NCBI RefSeq assembly: GCF_036321535.1
Contig: NC_087436.1
Location: forward strand, 82,834,001 to 82,898,000
DNA length: 64,000 nt
Origin: Camelus dromedarius
Lineage: Eukaryota
Direction of reading: 5' to 3'
Made by a program: the position numbers and the translations under genes. The notes beneath the pieces were generated by a model. That model was not told the DNA's origin. It did not search any database and saw only the letters and a program-made list of their open reading frames with translations. The first letter of the stretch is position 1; each line of letters starts with the position of its first letter. Shown here in pieces: positions 37,278-51,561 of the stretch.

Positions 37278-39724
37278 AGAGATTACAGGGAAAGGAAAGG
37301 AGAGGGAGGGTGAGGCTGTGACCAGGAGAAACGGCCTGTACGAAACAGTGGATGGATGACCAGTGGAGGCCATGGTAGGACCGTGATGACTACTGTTAAA
37401 TTTTCACTTTTGAATTGCAGTCAGTGATAATGAAATTCCATTGTACAACTTCGAAACTTCAGTATGGTCTGCTAAACACAAATGCTTTCTGTTATTGATA
37501 TTTTGGTCAACGCAGGAATTGGGGCAGGATTCAGAATGGAGAGAAGTGATTTAGAAAAAAGACTGCAAGTTGCAAGAATCAAGAGAGTTAAAAACTAAAA
37601 ATTCAGTAGATACAGATGTCAGAGCAAGAGGAGACAACGGAGACTGAGCAGCGGCTCCTGGGTTGTTACCAGACAGTACCGAGTGAACGCCCTGTGATAA
37701 GGCAGGTTCTGCCCTTCAGGGCCCACAGGGATTTTGGAGGGCCTGGAAAGTGAATCTTAAGTAGATATGAAAAAAGGAAAATGTTTAATAGGTGGTTGCC
37801 ATTTGGCATATTACTTTCACACTGAATCTCACATTACTGCAAGACAGTTACACAGACCCACTGAGTCTGAGCTCAAATTCCTTCTGAAAAGTTCCAGTGA
37901 AATAGTCAATACTGTGCTACTATAACTTTAGCAGAAAACAGGTGCTTAAGTGATGTGTGTTGCATCTCTGCTCCTAAATTTAATAGCAAGTAACCCTGAT
38001 TAGACTAGTGTCTCAACACTCACCTTTTTCTTGATAAATGGCCACATAATCAATAATAAATACGCTGGTACATAATCGAGACTAAATACCCTAGTGCACT
38101 GACGTGAAAGACAGTGAGAAGAATGAAAACGGACTGAAAAGGTTCTCACATGTTCTAAATACTTCGGTATCTCTAAAGCACACACACGTAACTGTCTTGT
38201 CTAGCATGTAAAACAAAGTACTGTGGAACAGACTATCTGAACATTTTACTTTATTTTTCCAGCCAGCTAAAGAAAGATTTCTATATAACAAGAATAGAAT
38301 TTTCCATCTAGTGACGTTTCTGAAGAAGAAAATTTTTATTATTGAATTTCACCTCTAGTAATTACTATTCCAAGCATCTGACTTTGAGGGGGCTCAGATG
38401 TAGTCTTTGTCAGTTTCCACCAGGTTTCCCAGTGTAATTGCAATTTCTAAGACTGGGGTTTGGATCGTACGATTTTTGTCAATTCAGCAAAATGTACACA
38501 TGTGCTGTGGTGAGAGTTTCCTCCTCCTAAGGCTATGCTTATGGGCAGGGAAAAAACAAAGTCGGCCAACGAATAAACTGTCATTATCACTTTGTCATAG
38601 TAGACCTTCTAGACATCTGTTTTACTACTTAAACAGGAAGTTAAAGAGACAAGAGCTTTCTTCACAAACCTAACTTCACATATTTGAAAAAAAAAACTGC
38701 ATAAGATAGAACCAAAAATAATCGCTTAATACCTTCTTGTTTAGCTGTAAGTTACTTTCCAAATTATTACACCTCAAAACAGGAAGCAAACTCTGTTGAC
38801 TGGGTTTTACAAAGGAGTTTGCTTTCCATGATTTTCTAGAAAGACAAAAATAAACGTCTTTATAACAGCCAAATCTGAATGGTAAGTATTTTGATAGTTA
38901 ACACTATGAACACAATCCACTATTTTAATACATTTATCATTACATAATGTTATATTGCATATTTATTTGTTAACTTTGAAATAGCCTTGTCATTAGAATT
39001 CAAACTCCTTGAAGGCAGGGGCTTTGTATGGTTCAGTGCAGTTTTGTTGACAGAACGAATGAATTCCTGACAGTTACCAGTATAGGTTTACATATTACAT
39101 TTCTTTTTTTCTAGAAAAATAATTAAGTTAGTTGCACCATAAAATTATGACACAAAATAAAATATTTCTGTCATTTCATGATTGTAAACGTTAACAAAAT
39201 TAATCAAAAGATATTTTGTGACCACTTTGGGTAGTACATTACTCACTTACTGCTTTTTCTCGAAGTTTTGGCTTTCCATGACTTTCAAATACAAAAGCAA
39301 AAAAATAGAAGACATAGTAACAAAGATGCTTGGTGGGATCATATTTCCTTCAAGATGATGAGACAACAAAAGGAGGCATTTCTCAAAATAAGTGATTATC
39401 TTGCACTGGATTTTAAGTATATTTTTAAACGGAAATGCATTCATGAGCTTCCACACATTATGAGTGAAACCAAAGTTTAAGTAGAAGTATCTTTCTTTAA
39501 TTGACAATTATCTTTTTACGTTTCAAGCTTTCCAGTAATTAAGTAAGAAATAATTTCTGCATTATCTGCATTGGACAGAGCATGCTAAGTAATATAGATA
39601 AATCAACTATAATATAGATAAATCAAGCAATATATTCCAGAAAAACATGATTTTTTAAAAAACTATTTTGATCAATGAAGTTAGATGTAACAGTCTGGCT
39701 CTCTTCTTTTCTTTCTTTTAGGGG

Positions 39725-40267
39725 GTCAGGGCATGTGCTGTAGCCAGTGGTTTCGCTGGATGATCAAGAGCTTGGAAGAAGCATGATTGTGAAGGTGGGG
39801 ACAAAGAAACTGGGGGAAGAGGTATGTGGATAAACTTATCAGAATAGCCAAAGATAGTGAAGGTGTCTGTGCCCCACTGAATGCGCACCAAAGGGTGATG
39901 CCAGCAGAGGAAGATTATAATAATCAGTTGGGTGGGATGACATGTTCTGTGGTCACCAGTCAGTCCCTTTCCCCAGGCTCCCTGTCATTGCCCAGTGGGC
40001 TCATGAGCCAAGTGGCCATGGTGGCAGGGATGGGGTTATGCACGGGCTCCCCCTCACCAAGGCCGACCAGGCTCCGCCCACTGCTGAGTGCCTGATCTGC
40101 AGCAGGAGAGACCAGCACTGAGTCCCCTTACTTACAGAGCCACCCGCAGGGTGATCAGCCAGCTACCCGGCGGCAGGTCTATTACACTGGAACGTTTCCA
40201 TCAGGGAAGGGGCAGTGCTTCATCCTTACTGGAACAGGCGCTTATTCTGGACATAGATCTGCCCTCC
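39725..40267 (+). mobile_element. ERVL pol fragment (RNase H-integrase junction)
   Basis: LNAHQRVMPAEEDYNNQLGGMTCSV matches HERVL/MERVL-type pol; continues with frameshifts into the integrase Zn finger. Confidence 0.9.
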
Positions 40268-41342
40268 CTAAGGCTCTCTCCTGCTATGAATGTTCACTGA
40301 GCTCCAGTCAGACCAGCCTACAGTCAGCTCCTCAGGCACACCTGAGGTCTTCTCTTTTCTTGGGGTCTTTGCCCATACTGCTCTGTCTCTCTGGGACATT
40401 CTTTTCTCTGCCTTTATAGCCTGTTCCTTCTCATTCTTTAGATCTCAGCTTATATATCACCTCTTCAAAGAAGCCATCCTTGACCACACTATCAAAATAA
40501 CAATTTTTGTGATTCTCACATTCCGTGTTTCCTTAGATTCACTTTTGTATCATTTTTTTTCCCTTTTCTCCCACTCTCATCTAAGTCAGAGGGAGAAGAG
40601 ATGTTAATTACCATTAAAAAGGAGCACATTTAAAATTCTACGGTGATTTAGAGGAGAGAGATAGTACTACTTCGGGGATGACCCAGAAACGTTTTGCAGG
40701 AAGGATGCTGTTCCTCCCACGTAGTGGAAGAGATGGCATGCCTCCGCGGACGGGTGGCTCAGGCAACCAGTGTGAACGTTCGGGACAAAGGCAACAGTTG
40801 TCCCACTTGAGTCCAGCTTCCTCTCCTCTGTTAGCTTTGTGCTGTTGCTACCTGTTTGTCAAACCTCACCGATTTCATGATGTTCGTTTTACCTCTCCTC
40901 TGCTCATAAACTAGTGGTTAAAAAGAAGTTGTGATTAATCACGTTTACCTTAGCTGCTCTGAGGCATCATCCTTCTGAGTGTCTACAAAATGGTATAGAG
41001 TCACATGGCAGGCAGGCACAGGTAGTCTCGTGGTAGTCCAGGAGCAGAGGTGTGGTAGCAGTTCCACAGACTCCGGACAGAAAACCAGGAGAAAGACTGT
41101 GAGCTGGGCTTTGGAGCCCCCCACCCACCTCCCCTACGGTCCAGGCACGTAATAACCGTTTATTCTTATTGTTCTTACTCACAATCATGTGCTCTTCTTT
41201 CTAGTTCTATAAATAGTGCTCCACAGTCATCTTTAATAAATGTTCTGTACTACCACTGCACCCTTGAGAAGGTGAGGGCACCAATTGAGTCAAAAGCCAT
41301 AGGTATTTCCAAATTCTAAGAGATGTCAAAACGTGGCCTGTG

Positions 41343-41730
41343 CATTTGCATCAACATGGATGGACCGGGAGGGCATTACGCTAATTGAAATAAGTCAGAC
41401 AGAGAAAGGCAAATACTGTGTGATATCACTTATACGTAGAATCTAAAAGAAACAACAAACTAATGAGTACAATAAAAAAGAAGCAGAATCACAGAGATAG
41501 AGAACAAACCAGTGATAACTTGTGGAGGGGGGGGAGGAGGGGCAATATAGGGATTGGGGATTTTTTAAAAAGGTTAAGATGGGATTATATGAAATTATGT
41601 GTGTGAAACTTCTGAAAATTGTAAAGCACTATAAAACTTGAAAATAAATTATTATTTTTTTAAAAGGATGGTTGAAGTAGGTGATGCTGTTGCTGGTAAA
41701 ATAAAACCGAAAATGAAAAAAAAAAAAAAA
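41343..41730 (+). mobile_element. 5'-truncated L1 3' end with possible short 3' transduction
   Basis: catttgcatcaacatggatggacc..aagtcagacagagaaag; ggcctgtg at 41335 and 41731; poly(A) 41716-41730. Confidence 0.85.
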
Positions 41731-42944
41731 GGCCTGTGTTCTACCTTAAATGCCACAGGCAAGTCAGTGGATTCACTGTGAAAAACTACTGCTGCTCAAT
41801 GCTTCTGAGCTCAAAATCACAGCTACTTCCTATGTTTTCCTAGAAGATTCGTGGGGCCACCCCACCCTGGCTTGTAAGCTTGTTCCAGCTAGATGAGTTG
41901 GACGAGATGGGAGCACCAGCTTATCTGAGCCGCCAAGTATTACCTTTGTTCTAAAGGGTAATTATGATCCTGAATTCCCTGGAAGTATGGGCATGGCTAC
42001 TTACACTTTCCTAAACCAGAATGCATTTACAAACAGTACCATTTAGCTATTTTCAATTAAGCTTTCATTTCCAGAGTTCTGGTGCAGGAAATCCTGCATG
42101 GATCCTACCCACCATTAAAGTCATTCTAGCAGGACTTGGTCAGAACCTGCTACAAAACTGTTGTTTCAACAATGATAGTGACGGAATGCGTGTCCTCTCA
42201 AAACGCAGCTGGCAGCTTTTATTGCTGAGCTGATTTTTGTTAGTATGATGACTGGGACCACCATCCACCAAAAGGAAGAGACAGAGACAGAGAGGAGGGG
42301 AGGAAGGAAGGAAGAGAAGGAGGGAGAGAGAGAGAAATTTCCATCAATTGTTTTCTATGTATACATTTTTTAAAGTTTTGTTTACACTTCCCATGGAAAA
42401 GGTGATGTTGCCCAATTAAGACATGCGCTCATTTCCCTAAACAGCTCATAATTTTCCGTCCGTAGAAAAAAATTGTCATTTGACTTCAGTAAGCTAAAAA
42501 TACTCTAGAAATAGAGGGAACATAAGCTGAATGTTAATCACAGTTTCAGACTGAATTTCGCAACAGACTATCCATCTAAATAGAGTGACTGCGGGTTCCT
42601 GAAGATCCCCCGCTCCCAGTTGCTCTGCTTCCTTTGCTACTACGACATACAACCTCTTTCCTCTTCAGCATGTACGTGCAGAATGTGCCTGAAGAAAGGA
42701 ATTTCATTTTTTAATGTTTTAAATGTTTTTCGATTGATGCCTATTTGTCAAATCTCCCAGCTGTCACTAAAGTGGTTTTCTTTCTTCCCCTTTGGCTTGT
42801 AAGACAGAAGTTACAAACTAACATGATTTCTTACATTTAATATGGTGTATAACTTTATGCATTTACCTGAAGTGTATTTCCCATACTTTGAATTTAACAC
42901 AGGTCTAAAATCACAGGTATCATTTCTGAGCAATGATAATATTT

Positions 42945-43150
42945 AACCCTCCCTGAGTGCTTACTGAGTTCCAGGTGCTGGTCTAAGATACCCGTGCGTG
43001 CGCCCATTTAATCCTCACAACAGCATTCTGAAGGAGGTGCTATTTCTGTCCCTACTTTACAGAGGAGGCCCAGAGAGGTTAGTTAACTTGCTCAAGATGC
43101 CTCAGTTAGGAAGTGACCAAAGGAGCCTGATCGCAAAGCCCTTGCTCTTA
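42945..43150. mobile_element. MIR
   Basis: atttaatcctcacaac..actttacagaggaggcccagagaggtt..aacttgctcaag. Confidence 0.8.
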
Positions 43151-44086
43151 CGGATAAAAGCACTGAATAGCCGTAATGCCTTGGGACATTTCAGGAAGGC
43201 CTTCTCTTCTTTATATTTGATGCCAGAAAGCAGTGAGCGGATCTGTGACTTACACCAATTCTAATTCAAGGTTTGACCTCACCTATCAGGTCAGCTAACA
43301 AGGCCCTTAGTTCACAAGAGAGAAGGTAAATTTTCTGGGTCTGACACCTCCACACAACAAGGCTATAGGATTGCCTCCTCCCCTCCATCAGTTCTGCGCT
43401 GTTGCTGCCCACTGGTCACGCTCCCTGCTTTCACTATGAAATATTTCCCTTTCCTTTGCTGGCAAGGAGTTCACTGAGAGGCTGTGATTATTAATATTTA
43501 TAATGTACATAGCAAACATCATTTCCTATATTTACCATGGCTGATGATATCATGCAAGTATCTAAAACAAGTTAACAAACGTCAAGGTTATAAGCAACAT
43601 TTCTGAGAAAACAGATTTTTTAATTCCCTTTTAATCAAAGCTGTTGCCCTTCTCTCCAAGAGGACAGCTGTATTATCTGATTCCATGTCATCTTCCCATT
43701 TTCTTTCTCTTATCTCTAAACTCCTTTATTTCCATTTCGTTCTGCCTTTATTCTCTTTACATATTCATTTTAAGAATTATCGATCTAGAAATGATAGCAT
43801 CTCCCCTCCATTTAAAAAAAAAAAAAAGGAAATTGTGTTCACTGAGACAATAACAGAAGACTTGGTTTGAGGCAGAGTGCAGATCTGGCTCCACTAGCCA
43901 AACGTTCTTAGGAATGCATCTGCTCTGGAAGACCTTGAGCAGCTCTGATCCTTGAAACAGAGACAGTGTCAGTGCTAAAGGAACAGTTGCTCATTTGTTT
44001 ATTTGAAAATCCCTGAAGATGATGTCAAGGAGAAAGGAATATGGATCCTTGATTTTCTGATATTCTCCTTAAAATTCCCACGTTCC

Positions 44087-44531
44087 CGGTATCAAGCAGA
44101 GTCTATCCAGAGAACTAGAAACCAATATGCACAACAAAGGGAATTAATACTATGAAAGATGGAAGATCTGAGAAGCCAAATAGGATCCCTGAGACAAGGC
44201 CACCACGTGCCTCTGTCCTCCCTAAGCCAGAGGAGAGAAAGGGGATGTTATGAGAGCCCCCAGCCCTCAGAGCCACCAGGTGAAGGCTGAGGCCATGAGG
44301 AAGGCACAGGCACCGTCAGAGATGCTGCCAGATGCAGAGAGAGAAGACTCACGGGGCTTCTCCCTCCTTCCTGCCTGCCTATCTGCTGTCAGCGCCACCC
44401 CCTGATGAGCCAAAGGCGGGGTGACACGGGGGCTTGGGAATGTAGCCTGCAGGGCCATTCCCTCAGATGTAGAGCCAAGCCCAGAGGATGAGAGGGCTGG
44501 AGCTGACAGCAGTCAGGCCCTAGACAGCACA
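44087..44531 (-). mobile_element. ERVL LTR (LTR33/40/41-like)
   Basis: Minus strand starts TGTGCTG after a purine-rich tract; ctacattcccaagcc motif. Confidence 0.55.
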
Positions 44532-45519
44532 CACCCCCACCTCTCTTCCACTTTCCTGTGGCTCCACATAGTCATCTTTTCCCCATCACAGAGCTGTTAC
44601 TCAGTCTGAAAATATGGAACTTCAGAACTCATGTGGTAATTGGTCAGTCATCAAATTATGTTACATCACCAGGATAAACTTCAAGGAATAATGTGTTTAA
44701 ACTGCAAAAAAAAAAAAAAAAAAAAAAGTCTGCCAAATCAATGTACAAAGGACCTTGACACAAAGCTCCATCTCTGGGACTTTTATTGAAATTTAGTTGC
44801 AGACTATTTCCTTATTGAGTTTTGTTTTTCTAATTTTCCTGGAATCCGTTCATAGAGTCGAATTTGGCAAACTTATACTGGTAAATCACAGTCTGCAAAA
44901 TTACATTACTCCTTTATACTTCCACAGAGAGATTTCAGTGGCTGTTTCAGAAGAATAGAAAAGATGATGAAGGCTCAAAGAAAATAAGGCAATGTCCGAA
45001 CTCTTTAAAGCTTTTTTTTTAAATTTCTCAACTTTCAAAAAAAAATTGTCCTAAGCATTCATTATTGCTTATAATTTTAAAAACCTTAAGGTATGTTAAA
45101 AACCAACCCAAACACTGAAGTGTGAGAGCTAAGAGACATTTGCAACAATCTGATCTGTTTTTAACCAGATCTGGTACATTCTGAACTTCAGTCACCTCCC
45201 AGAATTCCTGTAACAAGTACCAGCAAAAATGGTTTGAGTTTCTTATAGAAGATGGAAGTTTGTTTGATTTTAAATCCCCAGCAAAGACTATGCTTTCAGG
45301 GATCATTTCTATAGTTGGTTAAATCCCCAGCAGCTGGCGTACTGCCTGACACCAAGTAGATATTCATAAATGTTTGCTGAATAGATTAGTCTCTGGGTCA
45401 GAAAGAGATTTTGGGGTATCACGGATGTTAACAAAGTAGGAATTAATCTTTTTAAAATTCCATTTTACTGTGTATTCCTTCTGCTCAAGAACCCACACTT
45501 TTTGTAATTGCCCATAGGA

Positions 45520-45732
45520 TAAGGTTCCCCACTGAATACAGGACATTAGTTAAAGGTGAGTTTCAGATAAAGGATGAACAATTGTATAGTATAAGTATGT
45601 CCCAAATATTGTATGTATAAAAGTATTTGCATATTTGAGACATACTTACACTAAAACAGTATTCATTGTGTGTCTAAAATTCAAATTTAACTGGGCATCC
45701 TATATTTTCATTTGGTAAATCTGGCCAACCTA
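45520..45732. mobile_element. MER53 palindromic MITE
   Basis: Internal inverted repeat (agtataagtatgtcccaaat / atttgagacatacttacact); 8-bp TSD (c/t)catagga. Confidence 0.85.
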
Positions 45733-46146
45733 TCATAGGATTAAATACAGATTTCTGTTTCATAATGGTTTAAAAAATGGCTTAATTACCATAGTGAGTA
45801 GAGATGGCCACCCAATGAGGTTAGCCAGACATCAGCAGACAAACTAATATCTACCATTATTATAAATAATCTTTAATAATTTTTCTGAACAAAACAATTT
45901 GGTTTATAAATAAATAAATAAATCACTAAATAAATAGGAAAAACATCTGTGACATTAAGGAGAATTATGTTTTGAGTCCTCATCCTACAATTAAGTGAGC
46001 ATATGCCACTGGAAAGTCATTTACCCTCCATGACGTTGTAAATTGATCCTAACTCCTTCCCCTTGGAAGAAAACAAAGACCTACATTAAATTATGAAAGT
46101 TCCTTTACACTCATTTCTCTCTCACTCCCTTCCACTGAAGTATCAC

Positions 46147-46499
46147 TGCTATAGTCTGAATGTTTTCATCCTCTCAAAATTCATGTTGAAACCTAATCCC
46201 CAATCTGTATCAGGAGGTGGAGTCTTTGAGAGGTGATTCAGTCACAAGGGTGGAGCCCTCATGAATGGGATTAATGCCCGTGTAAAAGAGACCCAGAAAG
46301 CTCCCTTGCCCCTTCTGCCACGTGAGGACACAGCAAGAAGATGGCCATCTGTGAACAAGGAAATGGGCTCTCACCAGTCATCTAACCCACCAGTGCCTTG
46401 TCTTGGACATTCCAGCCTCCAGAGCTGTGAGATATATGTTTGTTTATAAGCCATCCAGTCTCTGGTATTCTGTTGTGTCACCTTGAACAGACAAAGACA
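46147..46499 (+). mobile_element. MaLR LTR (MLT1A/MST-like)
   Basis: tgctatagtctgaatgt..ggagccctcatgaatgggattaatgccc..gacaaagaca. Confidence 0.85.
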
Positions 46500-46701
46500 G
46501 TAACCATTTGATCTGTATTAACCCCACAACTCTGGATATATTTATAGACATATATGTATTTATGTACATGTCATTTTTTAGTAAAAAAACTGAAATCAGA
46601 TTTCACATATTATACTGATACTTTCATTTTCATTTAATGTCTAAAAGTCTTCAATGTCTAAAATCATTTATTTAATTGTACTAAATGGATAATACACACA
46701 G

Positions 46702-47258
46702 TTGTGACAAGCAGTCTCTAAACTGGCTTCCCTATGGTCCCCAACTCCTGGTACTCACACCCTGGCATAATTCCCTACAGTTGAGTGTGGGATGGCCTAA
46801 CAACTTGATCTCACAGGCAGAAAAAGGCGAAAGTGATAAGATGTCCCACAAAAGTGTAGGATGTAAAATTTTGACTTCCATTTTGCTAGCAGACTCCTTC
46901 TGTTGCCTTCTTAGCTTGCATGCTTTGATGAAGCAAGCTGTCATGTTAGGAACAGGGTAGGCATCCAGCCTCTGGGATTAACAGGTCAGAGGCTCTCTGT
47001 CCGGCAGTCCTCAAGGAACTGCACCCTGCCAACAGTCATGTCAGCTTGGAGCAGATCCTTCCACAGTCACGTCTTCAGGTGAGACTCCAGCCTTGGTCAA
47101 CAATCATTAACAGCTTTGTGAAGACCCTAACACAGGGGACCCAGCTAAGCCATATCTGGTTTCCCGACCTTCAGAAACTCTGAGATGACAAACGTGTGTT
47201 ATTTTAAGCTGCTAAATTTGTGGTAATTTTGCTACACAGTAATAGGTAATTAATGCAC
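46702..47258 (+). mobile_element. MaLR LTR (MLT1E/F-like)
   Basis: ctcctggtactcacaccct..ttgagtgtggg..ttttaagctgctaaatttgtggtaattt. Confidence 0.75.
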
Positions 47259-47959
47259 ACATGATACAAAATTTAAAAACTATAAAAGTTGTTTCTGTCA
47301 AAATTTAACTTTTCTTCCCATCCTTTACTCTAGCCAATCAGATCCGCTTCCCAGAGCCAAACAGTGTTACAAGCATCAACTCATATCATCAATCTGAAAG
47401 CATGTTAAATGTTTAAAAGACAATAAATAAAAGTATTAACATCATTATTCATACTAAAATTCCTAGATTTACAAAAGACACTAAGATTTTGAGTTACTGG
47501 AAGGTGAGAACAACAGGGATAATTATATAATTATCTCACAAGGGACTATATGGAAGAGGCAGAAAAAGTGACAAGTGTGAGACGAACCCATGTAAGAAGG
47601 GTTATTTACATACGACAGAAATTCCAAGTGCAGTTACAAGATTGTGTCTAATGAGCTATTCTTATAACCAGAAGGAGTTCCGAAGATCCTAAAATACTTA
47701 TCCTTAATATCATTGATTCAGTGTCCTGTGCTGACTATAAGGCAGGGCATTATTAGGACGAGTGAAAACAAAATAGAAAGCATTGTATTGCATGGTTCAA
47801 AGCCAGGTCCATGCATCTGACATTGCACGTGGACTGTCCATCACACCTCAAAAATGCCTTGTGGTAGCTAGAAATGACAGTGTTGGAACTAGGGCAAGGG
47901 GCTGACATATGCTTGCGTTAAAGAACAAATTAAAAAAAAGAAACATCTTTCATCTGGAA

Positions 47960-48153
47960 CAAGGGTCAGCCTTTTTCTGTAAAAGGCTGAAAGGCTTTGC
48001 AGACCAGATGGTCTCTGTTCCAACTACTCAACTCTATGTCATAGCATGAAAGCAGCCATAAACACTCCATAAATAAATGGGTGCAGTCGCAATAAAGCTT
48101 CATTTACAAAAAAAAGCTGTAGTGGATTTGGCCCAAGCGCTTGCTGACCCCTG
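47960..48153. mobile_element. MER58A (hAT-Charlie)
   Basis: Termini caagggtcagc ... gctgacccctg; 8-bp TSD atct(g/a)gaa. Confidence 0.85.
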
Positions 48154-48307
48154 ATCTAGAAAGGTAGACCAAAGGACAAAGACAGCTCAACTCTTTCAGT
48201 TTGGCACCTGATTAAAAGACTCAGATGCCAGGAAGACATCCCCTAGCTCATGCCAATTCCCATGCTCCTTTCTGAATACACTAATTTGACTGTCATTGAA
48301 GATATCT

Positions 48308-48820
48308 TTTTAAATTTATTTATTTATTTTTACTTTTTACTGAAGTATAGTTGATTTACAATGTTGTTTTAGTTTCAGGTATACAGCAAAGTGATTCAGT
48401 TATAGATAGATCGATCGATCGATTGATCGATCTTTTCTGATCTTTTTCCATTATAGGTTATTAAAAGATACTGAATATAGTTCCCTGTGCTATACAGTAG
48501 GTCCTTGCTGTATATCTATTTTATATATAGTAGTTTGTATCTGTTAATCCCAAACTCCTAATTCATCCCTCCTCCCCCTTTTCTCCTTTGGTAGCCACAG
48601 TTTGTTTTCTATGTCTGTGAGTCCACTTCTGTTTTATATATAAGTTCATTTGCATCATTGTTTTAGATTCCATATATAAGTAATATCATGTAACATTTGT
48701 CATTCTCTGCCTGACTTACTTCACTTAGTATGATAATCTCTAGGTCCATCCACTCTGCACATGGCATTATTTCATTCTTTTTTATGGCTAAGCAGTATTC
48801 CATTATGTATATATATGTCA
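48308..48820 (-). mobile_element. 5'-truncated L1 3' end, with (GATC)n at 48409-48432
   Basis: Minus ORF WMDLEIIILSEVSQAE; similar to 253-720. Confidence 0.9.
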
Positions 48821-51144
48821 CAGAAAATATATTTTTTATTTGAACCAACATTGCTGCTCTCATCACCATTCTTAGTGATTTTCTGCCCATCTAGAACCTA
48901 AGTCGTCTCAGAGCTAAAACAGAGCCACAAGTTAAAAGCTACTCCTCCTTTTCTCAATACCCTGCCCTCTTACTGTCTATCTTCCAGCTGCTTGGGAAAT
49001 TAGAACTAGAACAATGGTACTAGATTAAGAAATGTTATCATTAACAGGGGTCTCCTCTTTATCTTTTTGGATTTCTACTACCTGTTTGTTTGTTTTTTTT
49101 TTCAAAGATACTCTCTTTTTTTGGCCTGATTTTTTTTTTTCTTCCGAGGTATATTCAATTTACAATGTTGGGTTGTCAAAGATACTTTTTGATTAGCTGA
49201 ACAGATAAATATGACCCATATTTTTGAATTATATTTACTGAAAGTAGTCTTTTAAGCACTTGATACTAAATTGTTGTTTCAAAACAGCTAGAATTAATAT
49301 TTATAAACCCCAAATGTCTAACTAGATATTTTCTATTTTTGTGCTAAATTTACCCAAACACTTACAAGTTTTATTGATTTTGTAGCATTCTTTCCCCAAC
49401 TCTCTTACCTATTTATTGTGTATTTTTATGTTTCATGGATTTTTGTTTAAAAATGCTCCAAACCTTCATGAGAGAGAAAAAGCTACACACTTAAAGCCTT
49501 ATGTCCGCACATACCTGGTACAGGGGGATAAAATTTAACCGATTTTATTTCCTGGTCCTAGTTCTCCTGGTCTTGTGGTGAACACTCAGGATAAATGGTG
49601 GGACCACAAGAAATAAACCAGTTGCCTGATTTTACAAAAATGCTATGAAAGTAAAATATGCTTTAGGAAAACAGACTTCCTGTGTATAGAATTTTTATTC
49701 TTTTTCTTAAAAAGGAGTAAAATGTTTTTCATTACTTTACATCCACAGTCAAAGATTATGAGAGTTAAATGAAAGTGTGTCACTTTTATCTTTCTAAATT
49801 CAGAATGCCATCATCTCTAAAACACAAACTGGATTCTTCAGTGACCAAGCTTGATGAAGCAAGATGCTTGAAATCTTACTAGAGGTTAGGACACCACAAT
49901 TTTACTTGTGTCCAAACCAAGTCCACATAAACAAAAATAAAGTGAAACCCCAGCCTGAGACACTTTGGCACCATCTAAAAGCGAGAAAGGCCACTTTCCT
50001 GACCCCAGCCTCCACTTCCTCCCAACCTAGACAAGTGGGTGTACCAGCTCTGCTGATATCCCATCCACAACCTCTTTCACTGCTTCAGTGAGAACCCTGG
50101 CTAACCCTCCAGCCAAGCTATGCTCCACAGACCAAAAGACCACTACGGTCTGGGGAATATCAGTGAAATATACAGGAAAGCGTCAAAACTCCAGCTCCCA
50201 ACCATAAACAGTTTCTAACTTAACCTACAGTTTCCTCTAATTATGGTCATCTCCATATTGGGAACTAGGGTGAAACGTTTTAAAACTCTTCAAGTTTCCT
50301 AGAATTTACCACTTCTACAATATTTGAGCTGGTAAAAGGCATCTGAGACTAAAATTAATCTGTAAACACACTCCTAGCAGGGACTAGAAGTCATCCAAAA
50401 CTTTTAGACAACATGACTTCAAGGTCACAAATATAACCAGGTAAATTGATTTTAACATCACTGCTACCTGTCCATCCACCCCTTTGATGGCCTTTTTGGC
50501 CTTCATGACCTGGCCAAAAAAAAAAAAAGTACCCAAAAGAGCAATGGTCTAATTAAGAAGTAAAAGCAAATGATGCTGTGTAAACAATCAGAAGTTGCAG
50601 GATCAGTTCAATATTTATTGGGAGATAATTGTAGCCTCTCTCTTCTCATAGGCAAACTAACAACAATATTTAATGGAGCTTGCAGTATAATCAAAAAAGA
50701 ACTCAGGAAAAAAACTGGAAAAAAAAAAGAAAAGAAAAGAAAGAACTCAGGTTCCCTGATTTCCAACACTGGCCACTAAAACCTGTACCAAAACTAATTA
50801 TTCTGGTAAAAGTGGAAAACACAAAAACAGAAGATCAAGAGAAACATGCTATCCTAATTATTTAAAATGTCCACTAACACTGCATATCGTCTCTCCTTTT
50901 AGAATTGAGTGATGTACTTATTGTATAAAATAATCAACTCCAATTTTAATATATCAGTAATTTCACAAGGACTAATTCAGTGCTTTAGAAATGGGGAAGC
51001 AAAAATGAATAGAAAATTATATAGATAGAAATTATAGTTTAGAAATTATAATACAGAATAAAGTTATAGCACTATCATTTAAATCCAGTCTCATATGTCT
51101 AGTGATCTGGCACACAGATGCTAACATTCAAAAACTATAGATTG

Positions 51145-51561
51145 AGCATTATAATGTGTACAGGTTTGCAGTAATTAAGGTATCTGCTACTATAACAGGT
51201 AAAAGGGATATTAGGCAAGAGAAGCGTGTTTCTGGTTCATACAATATCCCAAAACAGGGTTCTTGGTCAGCAAGAATTCAAGCTATCTCCTCTTCCAATT
51301 TCTGCCCTCTGAAAATACTTCAGAGTCCTCTCCATTCAGCCAAATGGTGAAGAAGAAGGAGGAGACACAATTGTTTTTCAAGCACTTCAGCCTGGACATG
51401 AAACACTTCACTTTAGTTTATATTCCATTGACAAGAACTAGTCACGTGGCCAAACCCCGCTGCAAGGAAGGCTGGGAAATGTAGTTTCAGCTGGGCAGCT
51501 GCTTCCCAGCAACCACTCTTGAAGATGAATCTTTGCTATACAGCAAACAGCACCTGCCACA
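51145..51561. mobile_element. Old MLT1 LTR remnant
   Basis: attccattgacaagaactagtcacgtggcc..gctgcaaggaaggctgggaaatgtagt. Confidence 0.7.
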
